Origin: Octopus sinensis | Lineage: Eukaryota | Direction: 5' to 3' | DNA: 64,000 bases | NCBI RefSeq assembly: GCF_006345805.1 | Contig: NC_043005.1 | Location: 73,718,001-73,782,000 of the forward strand | In this document: positions 26,161 through 39,439 of the stretch, in pieces | Numbering within the stretch: the stretch's first letter is position 1 | How the letters are laid out: every line of letters starts with the position of its first letter | The notes under the pieces: model-generated | Database searches by the model: none | The model's input: the letters and a program-made list of their open reading frames with translations, nothing else | Told to the model about the DNA's origin: nothing | Position numbers and translations under genes: made by a program

Positions 26161-27659
26161 CCTGCGCCGCAAATCCCACAAGGATAGTCCTTTTCCTGAA
26201 CGTGAAATTTGAACATATATCACACACGAAATCCGCACACAGACGAAATATGCTCCCATGACGAACTACCTTAGTACACAAGCATACGAATATCACATAA
26301 ACCCAGAATAAACTATAAGATCATGCAAACAAATTTATCATATGACTGTTTGCTCAAAAGTTAAATCCAAGAGAGAAAACCACCAAAAATATGCCACCCA
26401 TGAGTAGCACCCCTTAATTCATTGTTTTCTTCACAAGAATCTCCACAAATTCAACGAGACTTTGAGTTGATCCAAAGTGGAGACAAACACCATTCCTCCA
26501 TGTGATCGACTTGAAAATATTGTTAAGATATTAAAACATTTTCCTATTTATCTTAACCTGAAAAGCAATGGTAACCTGAGTTCACAAATAAAGAAATTCT
26601 GTCCACCAATGCGAACTTGAGCACTCATTTTCATCATTGGATATTTACATATATATATATATATATAATATATATATATATATAAATACATACACACACA
26701 CTCATTATAGGTTTCTTTCAGCTTTCGTCTACCAAATCCACTCTCAAGACTTAACAGGCTGTAAGCAGAAGACACAGGCCCAAAGTGCCACGCAGTTGAA
26801 ATGAATCCGGAACCATGTGATGGGAAAACAAGCTTCCTACCGTACAATTCCGCCTCCACCTGGAGCAAGGATTTTATTTTTGGTTTTTTACCGGAAAAAC
26901 TTGAGTTTACAACATAGTTCATACGAGAAGATGTATGAAAGTTTCCTGTTGTCGTTTTTATTGCTTTAGTTGCAATTTACCTCCATCAAGCCTTGATTAA
27001 ATATCTAGGATCACGTCCTTCTGTGATCATAGGTATAAATGATATCTTATATTCAAATAACCTAGCCAGTACGACATTATTCATTGTGTCCGTCCATTTT
27101 AAGGCAAATATTTTGCTGCTATTTTTTGCAGGACAACCAACTACATAAAGGCTCCTTTATCAACCAAAGTCGAACTAACTTAATCAGAGGTCGTAGATAG
27201 CTCGGATCATTGAGTGGGTTTAGATTGGCTGAGGATTATATTGTAGACCTCCGGGCTTTTAAAATTCATGCTTAAACAGGATAATTGGAAATTAATGGAC
27301 AAATTTTATTCTACATCTGCAAGTTAAACACGAAGAGATATTTTCAATCCAATCATTAAATTACCTTCATCAGTATATTAGCTGCGGAGAGAACGTTATG
27401 TTACATTGGTGATTCTGGTTCACTAAATAATTTAATGTTTGCTTTTTTTCCGATTAGGAATTCATCTTTCACCCAAATGCTCTTTACGTTGAGGCTTAAA
27501 TTCAGTCAAGTACAAAGTATTTATATGGTTCTAAGTTAAACTCTCGTAAACACAGAATAATGGAGATTGATTCAATTCGAAAAGCGATGAAAAGTTTATG
27601 GTTTCTTCTTTTCACTGTAATATCTTCTCAGCTCTATATTTTATTATATGTGAATGGGT

Positions 27660-27698
27660 GTAAGTGTGTGTGTGTGTGTCTGTGCTTATGTGTATGCC

Positions 27699-27730
<32 letters not shown>

Positions 27731-27804
27731 CGTGTGTGTGTGTGTAGTATATGTATGGATATATACGCATATATGTATTATCGATACACATATACTTTTA
27801 TATA

Positions 27805-27873
<69 letters not shown>

Positions 27874-28110
27874 ATGCATATATATATGTATGAACGTAAA
27901 CGTGTGTGTTTATATATATATAATACATGTATGCGTGTGTGCGTGTGTGTATGTGTGTACACATCTATATACATATATGCGTGCTTGTATTTGTATTTAT
28001 ATACGTACGAGCATATGTATGTATACATACATGTATATAAGCATGTTTCTATCTATGTATATATGTATGTGTGTATGTATAAATGTATGTATGTATGCAT
28101 GCATGTTTCG
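27660..28110. repeat. Compound (TG)/(TA)/(TATG) microsatellite
   Basis: Direct reading. Confidence 0.9.
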
Positions 28111-29513
28111 GTAATTTACACACGCGAATAAAAGATAATCTACTTTTTCACCTCGTTTGCTTTATCTTCGTTGTGTAAACCATCTCCTGGAAGTAGGTGC
28201 GATATTCTTCTTGTTACTAAATAGCTGTGATAGAATCGAACGTAGTGACGTGTGAAATTTCAAAAACAAAAAAATAAATGTATACATTACTCTTTAATGT
28301 ATACGTAAATATTTGAATAAGTTGTAAATGCAATAAAAGAATGAAGAAAGAAGTTAATCAAAATTCATTCTTTGGTTTAATTAGGAAATAATTTTGATGT
28401 TTTAAAGAAGTGTAACAGAAGAGCTAAATGTATTTTTTGTTTTGTTTCCACTTTTTGTCAAATTGTATTTAACTAGTTGTTAATGCATCATGCATTATTA
28501 AATTTAAAATTAACGTTCTTGCATGTAACTTCTAGAATAGATTTCATTTAAATAATTAATTTTCTGGAGCGTTAGAATATTTTGTAGTTAATGCTTTGTC
28601 ACAAATTAGGTCTTGTGTGTTAAATTCTCAATAAAGTTGAAAACATGTAGTTAGGTTTTAATAGTAATAAATATATGCGTTTCTTAATGTAAGCTTTTAA
28701 ACCACCCATTTAGAGAGCCATTATGTTTTCTTAAATTTGTTTCTCTGAGCCAAGCAGATTAGTTAAAAATTTAATTGAAGAACAGCTGTCAATAAAGCTT
28801 ATCGTCCAATGAAGGCTATTTCGTAGCTGATCAAGGAATGCAGGCTGTTTGTGCTATCAGAGATGTGTTAGAGCAGCATTTCTCAACTCGAAAAAGACAA
28901 GTCCTATCGAAGATACATAAATTATAAAATCCAAAGGAAATCATCTAAGATTTTATCATTTTACTGTGTATGAGACGCGTTAGCTTCACACACCAGGCAG
29001 ACAGGAAATACAAAAATTAGCAGCGTACGATAAGGAACACTTGTCAATTTCACATGGATAGTAATGCTTACACTGGTTATTTATTCATAAACAGTTGCAG
29101 CTGTTTTCTTTTGGGTTCTTTTTACATGTTAGTTGAGGTCGTTCAACAAGAACATAAAGCCAGGATTTTAAGATACTAACAGGATACCAATCACCAAGTT
29201 GTAACAAAGTTGACCAATATACTATCAACTCACCCATTATGGTTCGCATTAGATCACTATATACTCACACACTATAACACACACATATATACTCGCAAAC
29301 ACACACGCACACACAGACACACACATGCACACACACACTCACACACACACACAAATACATATGAAACTATGAAGCACATTTTGTAAATATGTGGTTTCGG
29401 GTTCAGTCTCGCTGCGCGACAGGCAACTTGTTCAAGTGTCCTATATTATAGCTCCGGTCCCACGAATGCCTTTTGAGCGAGAATATGATAAATGGAACAG
29501 TGTGGAAGCATGT

Positions 29514-29544
<31 letters not shown>

Positions 29545-29550
<6 letters not shown>

Positions 29551-30300
29551 CCATCCTTAACCTAATAGCACCACCTTATAGGATTAGCTAAATCCTTTTT
29601 AAGTCAGATTTTGTGGTATCATGGTCCATTCGAGTAGGGGGTTGACTGAGTTGTATCCAGGAATAGGTGACTTATCTGGTAATCCTTGAAGAAATTTGTC
29701 CAGATTCCGTTTAAAGGTGATGGGATTCTTTTCCTCTTTGATCTGTTTCGGAACAATATTAAATAGGACAGTGCCTATTGAGGAAAAGAAATTGTGTTGC
29801 AGTGTATTTATGTGCTGTGATTCTGAATTGGGTAGGGACGTATGGCCTGTGGATAAATTTTGTGAATGATGAGTTAATGTCACGTACATTTAGCAGGAAT
29901 ATCGAGGTAAGGTTAGTTTGATGTTTGTATTGTTCTAAGTGCTTAGTTTTATGTATTATGTTGTTCAGAGGTAGCAGTGAGAGTAGTTTTTGTAAGGAGT
30001 TCTCTGTGTGTGATGTTCTAGTTGATGGTGGATGTGTGTTCCTTGTGTTTTGCATATACGGCTGCTGATAGCTCGTTAGATCTCCTGGCTTAGGTCGGCC
30101 TTCATATTTTCTAGATAAGTTGTTAAAAAAAATATCGCCTCCTTAGTTTGCCACTTGATCAGATGTTACATTGTTCAGGTTTATGTTGTTTGCTGTTATG
30201 GCTTTCCCATATTTCTGTCTTCATTGTTTGGTTTTAGAAGTGTGGTTGTATTTCGGTTTCGTTGTTGTTGTACCACTCCTCTGTTGCTGTTTATATTTAT
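29545..30300 (-). mobile_element. CR1-like LINE remnant (3' end, possibly internally deleted)
   Basis: LQHNFFSSIGTVLFNIVPKQIKEEKNPITFKRNLDKFLQ is homologous to the 40198-40791 ORF, and the 3' UTR (AATAGCAC...ATAGGATTA) is shared. Confidence 0.75.
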
Positions 30301-30511
30301 TTTTCGCTCATTTGTGCCCTTCAGAAGGTAGGGGGTAGTTGCATTTTCGGTTTGGGTACATACTTAGTGAGGCAGAATTTTGGTACAGTTTAAAATGGAA
30401 GAAGGTGCATCCGTTGCCTTTTGTGCATCCATACTTAGGATCAGAGCCATGGACTCTGTATTTAGGACAGTATTTGAGGGTGAAGGTGAGGTCATGTGTG
30501 TGTATGTATAT

Positions 30512-30581
<70 letters not shown>

Positions 30582-31445
30582 TATATATTTGTATGTATGC
30601 ATTTATATATGTGTGGAGGTGGGAATTAACATACATACATATATCCATACATCCATATATATATACAGATGCATACAAGTATGCAAGGTGAAAATATAGC
30701 TGTGTAAAGATGTATATAGATACTTGTTGATGCCTGTGTATTATGATTTTTATCAATCGTAGCAGTACAGAGATTTCTTTAACTTCCTCAGCCTCAGAAA
30801 TGCAGTCAACCATTAATAACTTGCAACCACGACGCTAGTATTTCATATCACCGCACTTGCCATAGGAAATTAAATAACTGTCTGTACGTGTGTACGTATC
30901 TGGATGCATAACTACACACATGCTTAACACAAATAAAGATGTCTTTGCAATTCTTCGAAAATAAAGATTATACAGAAAATGCAGTATGGAAGTGGTTCTG
31001 GTAATCAAGCCAACTGTTGAAAGCAACGAACATATTTCGGTTTTATTAAGCTTCCTACATATATTTCTTTACAAGAAAGTAAAGAAACGAACATACAGAA
31101 AGCATTCGTGTCACGTATCTATGCTCAAGTTGTGACCCCGTAGCCAATTATGCCACAAAACTCTATGCCAATCCTTCTACCTCAGATTAGGTTCTTTAAT
31201 CAATTTCCTTGCTTATTTTCCTGTATTTCTTTATTTTTTCTTACTATGTAACTGTGATATTTATTTTTATCCTTGCTAATTAATTAGTACGTTACTCTAG
31301 GTTAAATTCTACGCATGCAATATAAAAGTGTGTGTGTGTGTATGTGTGTGTTTGTGTGAAAATATCAGTGGATGAACGAACGAGAGGAAGTACTACTCAA
31401 CACAGTGTTACATATATTTAATAACAGTTTTTTACTCTCAGTTCC

Positions 31446-31486
31446 ACATTACTTAAAGTTTCGAGGACGTCCACCTCATCAGACGT
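31446..31486 (-). ncRNA. Minimal type I hammerhead ribozyme motif
   Basis: Minus strand: ACGT-CTGATGA-GGTGGACGTCCTC-GAAAC-TTTAA-GTA-ATGT. Intact core; stem I ACGT/ATGT. Confidence 0.7.
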
Positions 31487-31494
31487 TCAAAGGA

Positions 31495-31499
31495 TTATG

Positions 31500-31548
<49 letters not shown>

Positions 31549-31567
31549 AATTATGTATGTATGTATT

Positions 31568-31636
<69 letters not shown>

Positions 31637-31946
31637 ATATAGATAGATAGATAGATCGATAGATAGATAGAGATAGAGATATATATACATATATACACAC
31701 ACACACATATATATATATATACACGCGCATATATATACACAAACATACATATATGTGTGTGTGTATATATATATATATAAACATATATGTTATATCATAT
31801 ATATATATATGCTTATAAGTATGTATATAAATATGTATCTACGCATGTATGCATGTACCTGTATGTATATGCAAATATATATATGTATAATTATGTATGT
31901 ATGTATTTATATATATATATATATATATAATATATGTGTGTATATG

Positions 31947-31978
<32 letters not shown>

Positions 31979-31990
31979 ATGTTATACTTT
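31495..31990. repeat. Compound (TA)/(TG)/(GA)/(GATA) microsatellite
   Basis: Direct reading. Confidence 0.9.
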
Positions 31991-32629
31991 TTTATATTAT
32001 TTATACTAATATACAACATATCAAGATGCCCCACTTATATTCATGGTGTACAACGATATTAGATATCTTATAAAAATCGAATTATGAAAGAAAAGAGATG
32101 CAAAACAACAATAGGATATAAACCCTTTATGTTGAACCATTGCCAAACCATCTATTTCAAACTAGATATCAAATCTATTTTCCTGCTTTCCTTTTAATGG
32201 ATGCTGTCACAAACAGCAACTCAATTTCTTAGAAAAACCACACTTTAAATGTTAAGAGGAAAGACATAGATAACTTAATGTAATCCATTGCCTGAAAACA
32301 GAATAGATACTTACGGTTGGATTAACTTTCATTATAAGGTTTGCTCCTCCAATACAGACGTAGGTATGGCTGTGTGGTTAAGAAGATCGCTTTGCAACCG
32401 TGTGGTTTCGTATCCTGTCCCACTGCGCGTCACCTTGGCAAGTGGTTTCTACTGAAGCCCCCGCATCGGCCAATGTATTGAAAGTGAATTTGCTGTCATA
32501 CATACATGCGTATAGTATTTATATATACGTAATACATATATATATATTTTATGTATACATACATATACATATACGTATATATATATATGTGTGTGTGTGT
32601 ATGTATATATATATATATATATCACGTGA

Positions 32630-32810
32630 TCACGTGACCGACCAGACCAGCAGATGTTTTACACATCGCTGGTCACAATGCATTTGCATTGTTTTAGCCT
32701 TCAAATGATGCCACCCCGCTGGTTAAGCGAGCAGGCCAACAGAAGAAAGAGTGGGAGAAAGAGTGGTGAAAGAGTTCAGCAGGGATTACCGCCCCCTGCC
32801 GGAGCCTTGT
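32630..32810 (-). mobile_element. SINE family B, 3' part
   Basis: CACGTGATCACGTGACCG...CGCTGGTCACAATGC...AAGCGAGCAGGCCAACAGAAG is the reverse complement of the 47350-47642 3' half. Confidence 0.7.
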
Positions 32811-32843
32811 GTATATATATATATATATATATACACAAGTATA

Positions 32844-32879
<36 letters not shown>

Positions 32880-33168
32880 GGCGGTGGTCCAGCATGGCCG
32901 CAGTCAAATGACTCAAACAACTAAAAGTAAAAGAATATATATATATATATATATAACGTAAAGTATACTAGCCATCTCAATATGGCTAACCACTAAGGGT
33001 GGGTGTTACTGTAGCTTTTAGCCCCAAGAGATCATCGTCTCCAGCTGGCTTTAAGCACACTTTCTGTGCGCTTATGGTATTTGCAAGGGGAGGTCATCCC
33101 TCTCTCGTAAACCTAAGTGATACGCACGGACTGCAGTTTCGAGGTATTTGCTTCTTGTCAACGTATAT

Positions 33169-33200
<32 letters not shown>

Positions 33201-33284
33201 CATGCATATAGATAAATAGATAGATAGACAGACATTGTATATACGCATTCATATTATTATATGTTACATATTTGTATATGTCAA

Positions 33285-33590
33285 GATGACCCCAGAGCTT
33301 ATTCTTTGTAAGCCTAGTACTTATTCTATCGGTCTCTTTTGCCGAACCGCTAAGTTACAGGGATGTAAACACACCGCCATCGGTTGTCAAACATATACAT
33401 ACACATACATATACATATACATATCCGACGCGCTTCTTCTAGTTTCCGTCTACCAAATCCACTCACAATGCTGTGGTCGGCCCGAGGCTATAGTAGAAGA
33501 CACTTGCCCAAAGTGCCACGCAGTGGGACTGAACCTGGGACCATGTGGTTGATAAGCAAGCTACTTACCACACAGCCACTCCTACGCCTA
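33285..33590 (-). mobile_element. Composite SINE family C
   Basis: Same head/microsatellite/tail arrangement as 9520-9915. Confidence 0.85.
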
Positions 33591-33920
33591 TATATATATA
33601 TATATGAATGCACGTATGTATGTACGTATGTATGTATGTATGTATGTATGTATGTTTGCATCTATGTATGTATGTATGTTTGCATGTATGTATGTATTTA
33701 TGTTTGTATGTATGTATGTATGTATGTTTGCATTTATGTATGTATGTATGTTTGCATGTATGTATGTATTTATGTTTGTATGTATGTATGTATGTATGTA
33801 TGTATGTATGTATGTATGTATGTATGTATGTACGAATGTATGTATGTATGTATGTATGTTTGCATGTATGTATGTATGTATGTATGTACGAATGTATGTA
33901 TGTATGTATGTATGTACTCG
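33590..33920. repeat. (TATG)n microsatellite with higher-order variants
   Basis: Direct reading; makes up most of the 230-aa ORF 33384-34076. Confidence 0.9.
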
Positions 33921-34494
33921 TTTCCATTCAGTGCATTATTGATATCTTTTATAAGAATGTATTTCGCTCTGGTGGAACTTTTCAAAACATTAGTTCGAAA
34001 ATTGAATAATTGGATGTATAGAAAAATCGTAAACGTGACTTATTCTCTAGAACGTATGCGGAAAATGACAGAATAAAACCTTGTATGAAAGGTTAATTTC
34101 TTTAAAATTCGGTTGTAATAATACATGCAGCTGATTTGGAAATCAGTTGCGAGGAATTTGTTATTGGAATATAGTGATTGAGAACATACATCATATGCTA
34201 TTGTTGTCGTTTCTTTTTTAACTTTATTTAAAACCTGATTAACGGGGGAAGCAAGGAAAGCCGCACAGAGCAACAGTGAGTGGTTTGTTTGAACTAAAGG
34301 ATGTACAAAATTTCGCCGTGTATAGGTGTTGGAGAATATGTTCGGTAAATAAGAGCGCGACAAATCGCATCCGTGCAATCAAAGATACTCGTAAATTCAA
34401 TTTACTCCACTGCAAACTAGTGTGGTTATATCTCTTTTTATTGTATGCGTTTGTTCTTGTGCCTTCTTTTGTTTTGACGAATAATCACATCCTC

Positions 34495-34560
<66 letters not shown>

Positions 34561-34669
34561 CCTGGAAATACACGATACGTTATACAAGCTTGTCCGACCA
34601 TTGCATTTTCAGAGTATGAAACTGATAGTAGCTCGAGTTTAAATCTTGTCTATATTGATTTCAAATTTT

Positions 34670-34865
34670 GGCACAAAGCCAGTAATTTCAGGAGAGGGGC
34701 AGATCGATTACATCGACCTCAATGCTCAACTAGTACTTATTTTATAGAGATGGAAGGATGAAACGCGAAGTCTACCTTGGGTGGAATTTGAATTCAGATC
34801 GTAAAAACGGATGAAATGCCGCTAAGCATTTTGTCCGGCATGCTAACGATTTTGCCAGCTCGCCG
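34670..34865 (-). mobile_element. Family A SINE with head
   Basis: GCTAAGCATTTTGTCCGGCATGCTAACGATTTTGCCAGCTCGCCGC is the reverse complement of the head. Confidence 0.75.
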
Positions 34866-34964
34866 CTGTGTATATTAAAAGACATACATATATACAGACA
34901 GACAGACAGATAGACAGACATATGTGTGTACGTGTGTATCAGAGCGTGTGTGCGCGCGCTTGCG

Positions 34965-35235
34965 AGGTGTGTGACCAAGTGGTTAGGGTGTTGCACTTAC
35001 GATTGCTAGATTATGGGTTCGATTCCGAACAGGGCGGCGCATTGTGTTCTTGAGCAAAACACTTCATTTCACGTTGTTCCAGTCCATTCAGCTGTAAATG
35101 GGTGACTCTGCAATGGAAGTTTCCCGATTAGCTGAAATACTGGCCTCCTCGTCCAGCCAGCAGGGTGACAACCTTCGAAGGCTACAACAATGCGAAGCGC
35201 ATTGTGACCAGCGACATATAACAACATCTGGTCAA
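34965..35235 (+). mobile_element. tRNA-derived SINE
   Basis: CAAGTGGTTAGGGTG...GGGTTCGATTCCG...TGTGTTCTTGAGCAAAACACTTCATTTCACG. Confidence 0.7.
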
Positions 35236-35734
35236 CATCGTTATACCGTGATATACATACATACGCACACGCACACATACATACATACATATTGTTAAAC
35301 ATGTATATCAATAATCCTTGATGGAATTTATAAATATTTACTGCATTGCTACGCGAGTTTCCACAAATCACATGTCTCTTAAGATCACAATCCGTATTCC
35401 TGGAATGATTACAGTGTAGTCAGTAGTATCCGTGAGCATTGGGCAGATAATCTTCATAGATTCATAGATTTCTTCAGGCAATTCACCAGTCAGCATCATT
35501 AGACTGTGGCCAGCATAATGGAGTAGAAGTTCATTTTGTATATCCAAAATGTTTCCTGTAAAAAAATTTAAAAGATGTATATATATATATAAATTAAGTA
35601 CCAATTACACTCTGGGGTCGATATAATCGACTTAATCCGTTTGTCTGTCCTTGTTTGTCCCCTCTGTGTTTAACCCTTGTGTGTAGTAAAGAAATAAGTA
35701 TTTCTGTTTCTGTGTGCAAAGATATGGTTTATAC

Positions 35735-36256
35735 CAGTGGTTCTCGAACATTTTTCCGGCTATCGCCCTCTTGACACCCGAGTCACATTCCTAGCGCCCT
35801 CTTGACACCCGAGTCACATTCCTAGCGCCCCCATCCCAACTAACCACCACAAGCACAGACCTCTTTCTAAAACAAATTCAAAGCAACTGTATTTCACAAA
35901 TAAAACTTAATTTAATGAACCCATTATTTTATACGAATCGCTACCCCATTATCGCCCCAATTTTTGCATGAACCGCTTCTCCATTATCGCCCCACTTTTC
36001 TTCATTTTGAGTGGAATATGATTTCAGTTGCAAAAGTGTAATGAATATATAATTTTACATGTTATGAGGCTTCCTCTGTTGTGATATGTTCTCTCAACCC
36101 TTATGACGGTGTAATCAAGTATTTTGAATATCCTGTGTTGTTGGTATAAAAATGTGATTTGAGTTATCACAAAATCGTATAAACATTTTTAGTTACGTAA
36201 AGAGTTTTTTAACCGTTACTCTTAGAGCTTTCCACTGCCCACTTTGGGAACCACTG
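35735..36256. mobile_element. Non-autonomous hAT-type MITE
   Basis: TIRs CAGTGGTTCTCGAA / TTGGGAACCACTG; flanks GTTTATAC and GTTTATGT (8-bp TSD, 6/8 match); internal 31-bp tandem duplication at 35765-35826. Confidence 0.85.
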
Positions 36257-36327
36257 GTTTATGTTAATAATTTATTTCCATACAGCGTTGGCTAAAAAAT
36301 ACTTTTAGGCATAAAGTTGTAGTGAAT

Positions 36328-36692
36328 GTTAATTGCCCAATCAATAATTCGTCGAAATTTTACAGAAAATAACATCGACCAATTACGAACTCTCCAACTG
36401 GAAATATGCAACTGTTATATTTGAAATTGAAACAACCGTAAAAGAACATCCGATAGCATTTGTAGCAATTATTTATTTATAATCACCAATATGCATTTTA
36501 AGCTGTTTCTGTCGTTTAGCCTACAACGCATTTTTAGAGATGTTGAATCACGTTTCCCTGTGCGTAAGTGCGTATGTGAGCGCGCGTGTGTGTGCGCATG
36601 TTTAAGGAACTTGAAATGCAGTAAACATAGATCAACGGGTGAACCTACCTGCCTTAATTAGCTCTCAAATCACACCCTTTGTTTTATAATAT

Positions 36693-36748
<56 letters not shown>

Positions 36749-37580
36749 CAAGGCTGGGAAGCAACGGTCGAGGCTACAGCTTCTTTAATCATTGGTTCAG
36801 AACTAAACGACAACAACAACAACTAGTGGGAGCTCAATGGCCCAGTGGTTAGGGCAGCGGACTCGCGGTCGTAAGAACGTGGTTTCGATTCCCGGTCCGG
36901 GCATTGTGAGTGTTTACTGAGCAAAAACACCTAAGCTCCACGATGCTCCGGCGAGGTAGGGGTGAACCCCGCTATGCTCTTTCACCACAACTTTCTCTCA
37001 CTCTTTCTTCCTACTTCTGCCACAAAACAGAGGAACCATGGTGTAACCCACTATGGTGTTATAAACTTTCAGACCCTAATCTAGATTGCGAATCCTCTCT
37101 ACCCCAGGATGGTTCAGATCTCTACTGGTTAAAAAGCCACCTTTTACGGAATGAGGATAACAACGTAGCTTTCGCGCCCGTGCAACCGCCAGTCTATCGC
37201 GTGCGGTGGGTGGATCTTCAAGTTGGCACACGCATTTCTTAGTAGCTTAGAGTAGGCTCGAATTAGAGATTATTCTTTGTGGCTAATGGCGTGAGTCCTG
37301 ATTGAAAGAGGAAGAAGAAGAAGAAGAAGAAAAGAAGAAGAAGAACAAGAACAAGAACAAGAAGAAGAACAAGAACAACAACAACAACAACAACAACAAC
37401 AACTTAAAATACATATTAGAGGTTATGAATAAATAATTGTAAAACGAAATGCTATCGGACGTTCTTTTGCGGTTGTTTTAATTGCCAATATAACAGTTGC
37501 ATATTTTCACTTGGTGAGTTCATAATTGGTTAATGTTATTTTCTGTGAAACTTCGACGAATTATTAATTGAGCAATTAAC
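36328..37580. repeat. ~160-bp inverted repeat pair (36328-36487 / 37421-37580)
   Basis: Example: AATAATTCGTCGAA...GAAAATAACAT...AAATATGCAACTGTTATAT...CCGATAGCATTT is mirrored on the opposite strand; roughly 80% identity by eye. Confidence 0.85.
36830..37020 (+). mobile_element. SINE family B
   Basis: CAATGGCCCAGTGGTTAGGGCAGCGGACTCGCGGTCG...GGTTTCGATTCCC. Confidence 0.8.
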
Positions 37581-38445
37581 TATATAATAATTGTTTTTCC
37601 TGAAATATAGCAATTATAGTTTTGAAATATATTTCAGAGATAAATTATTTTTCATTTCTCTAATGCATTGTTTTTAACACAATATATTCTTTTCTGAAGA
37701 AATATTTTATTTCAATTGTCTCCATTACATTTATCGGCTCTTCTGTATTGTCTAGCTGCATACCAGTCCTACCTGATACAACCAGTATCTCTTCATATTG
37801 CCAACTTTATTATTCTTCTATCTCTTGGCCTTCAAAATCAGTAAACCCCCAAACGTGCAGAGTGTAAACGCATTGTAATTCTCTCAATGCCTACGTCTTT
37901 ATTTTTTATATCATTATTATTCATGTAGAACATCTACATGCGGTTAAAAATACATGTGTATGTAACAAAAATACTGACGAAGATGAAGGTGCAATAATCA
38001 GTTACGATCCTTTCTTGAACCAAGATAAAATTACTTTCATTGCTTGCCGTTCATGTGTCATCTCACAGATTCTTTTGCTTCTTTTGAATAATTGTCTCTT
38101 AAATAAGTTGGCTCCTTGTATTTAATACTTCATTTACTAAGTTGCGTCCATTCATTTCTTTGTATACATAAGGAGTGTGATACTTTTTGTACTCATAAAT
38201 ATGTTTGCACGACTGTTTATCCGTATATATTGAGAAAATTCCCCCAATATATCATTGATAATACCAGTTGATCTCTGGATTTTATAATCCCTAAGGAGGA
38301 CGTTACATCCTCAGTTTCAGTACGTATATATATATAAATAGTTAATCCAAACAAGAAAACACAGAAAAAAAGAGAAAAAAACACAGCAACGCAGGACGTG
38401 GAACAATTAAAGTATTATTGACGCTCAGGAAAGAAGGGAAGGAGG

Positions 38446-38480
38446 GTTTAACGTTTCGAGCGGAGCTCTTCGTCGGAAAC
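38446..38480 (-). ncRNA. Minimal type I hammerhead motif (core variant) in a PLE-type terminal repeat (38342-38520)
   Basis: Minus strand: GTTT-CCGACGA-A-GAGC-TCC-GCTC-GAAAC-GTT-AAAC. Stems I and II are perfect; U4 is mutated to C. Flanking sequence is also seen at 47702-47800 and ~14940-15000. Confidence 0.65.
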
Positions 38481-38809
38481 AAGGAGAAGGAAAGGTCGCA
38501 AGGCGGGAAGACAGAGGAGAAAATATATGAGCTGGTGGTGCTTAAGAGATCACATGTTGAAAGAACAGAATTTAAAGGTAGTTGAAATATGGTTTTATAA
38601 TGCAAGAGAGTTCCAAAAAAAGGAAGGAATGCCTCTGTGTGTGTGTGTGTGTGTGCAAGATGACAAGTGTGTTTGTGCGTGCGTGTGTGTGTGTGTGTGT
38701 ATTTTTGGTGAATAAAGCCAATGACAAAGCCAGCTGTCATGATGACTGCTAGCTGTTTGTGTCAAGCCAGGTCAAAGCCGGGTCAAAAAAACAAAGGCCT
38801 ATATGTATC

Positions 38810-39405
38810 ATGTGTATGTGTTGTTTGTTGTGTGTGTGTGTGTGCATGTGTGTGTTCGTGTGTGTATGCGTAGAGTGTGGGTGTGTGGCGAGTAGCTGTT
38901 TAACCTAGTACGTGTGTGCTTGTACGTGCGTGTGTGTGTACGATGTAGGGGCTTATATGTGTGTTTATATGTGTGTGTGTATGTATGTATGTACGTGTGT
39001 GTGTATGTGTGTGTGTGTGTATGTGTGTGTGTGTATGTGTGTGTGTGTGTGTGTGTGTGCGTGTGTGTGTATGTATGTGTGTATGTATGTATGTACGTGG
39101 TGTGTATGTATGTGTGTGTGTGTGTGTATGTATGTATGTGTATGTGTGTATATATGTATGTATGTATATATATGTATGTATGTATGTGTGCGTGCGTGTG
39201 TGTGTACGTGCGTGCGAGTGAATGTATCTATATATGTGTGCGTGTGTGTACGATGTAGGGGCTTATATGTGTGTTTATATGTGTGTGTGTATGTGTGTAT
39301 GTGTGTGTATGTGCATGTATGTATGTATATGTATGCGTGTGTGTATGTATGTATGTGTGTATGTATGCGTGTGTGTATGTATGTGTGTATGTGTGTGTAT
39401 GTGTG

Positions 39406-39439
<34 letters not shown>

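Noticed and set aside
26240-26290. Expected hammerhead downstream of the GIY-YIG remnant
   Set aside because: Only ATGACGA…CGAATA remains and no stems can be drawn.
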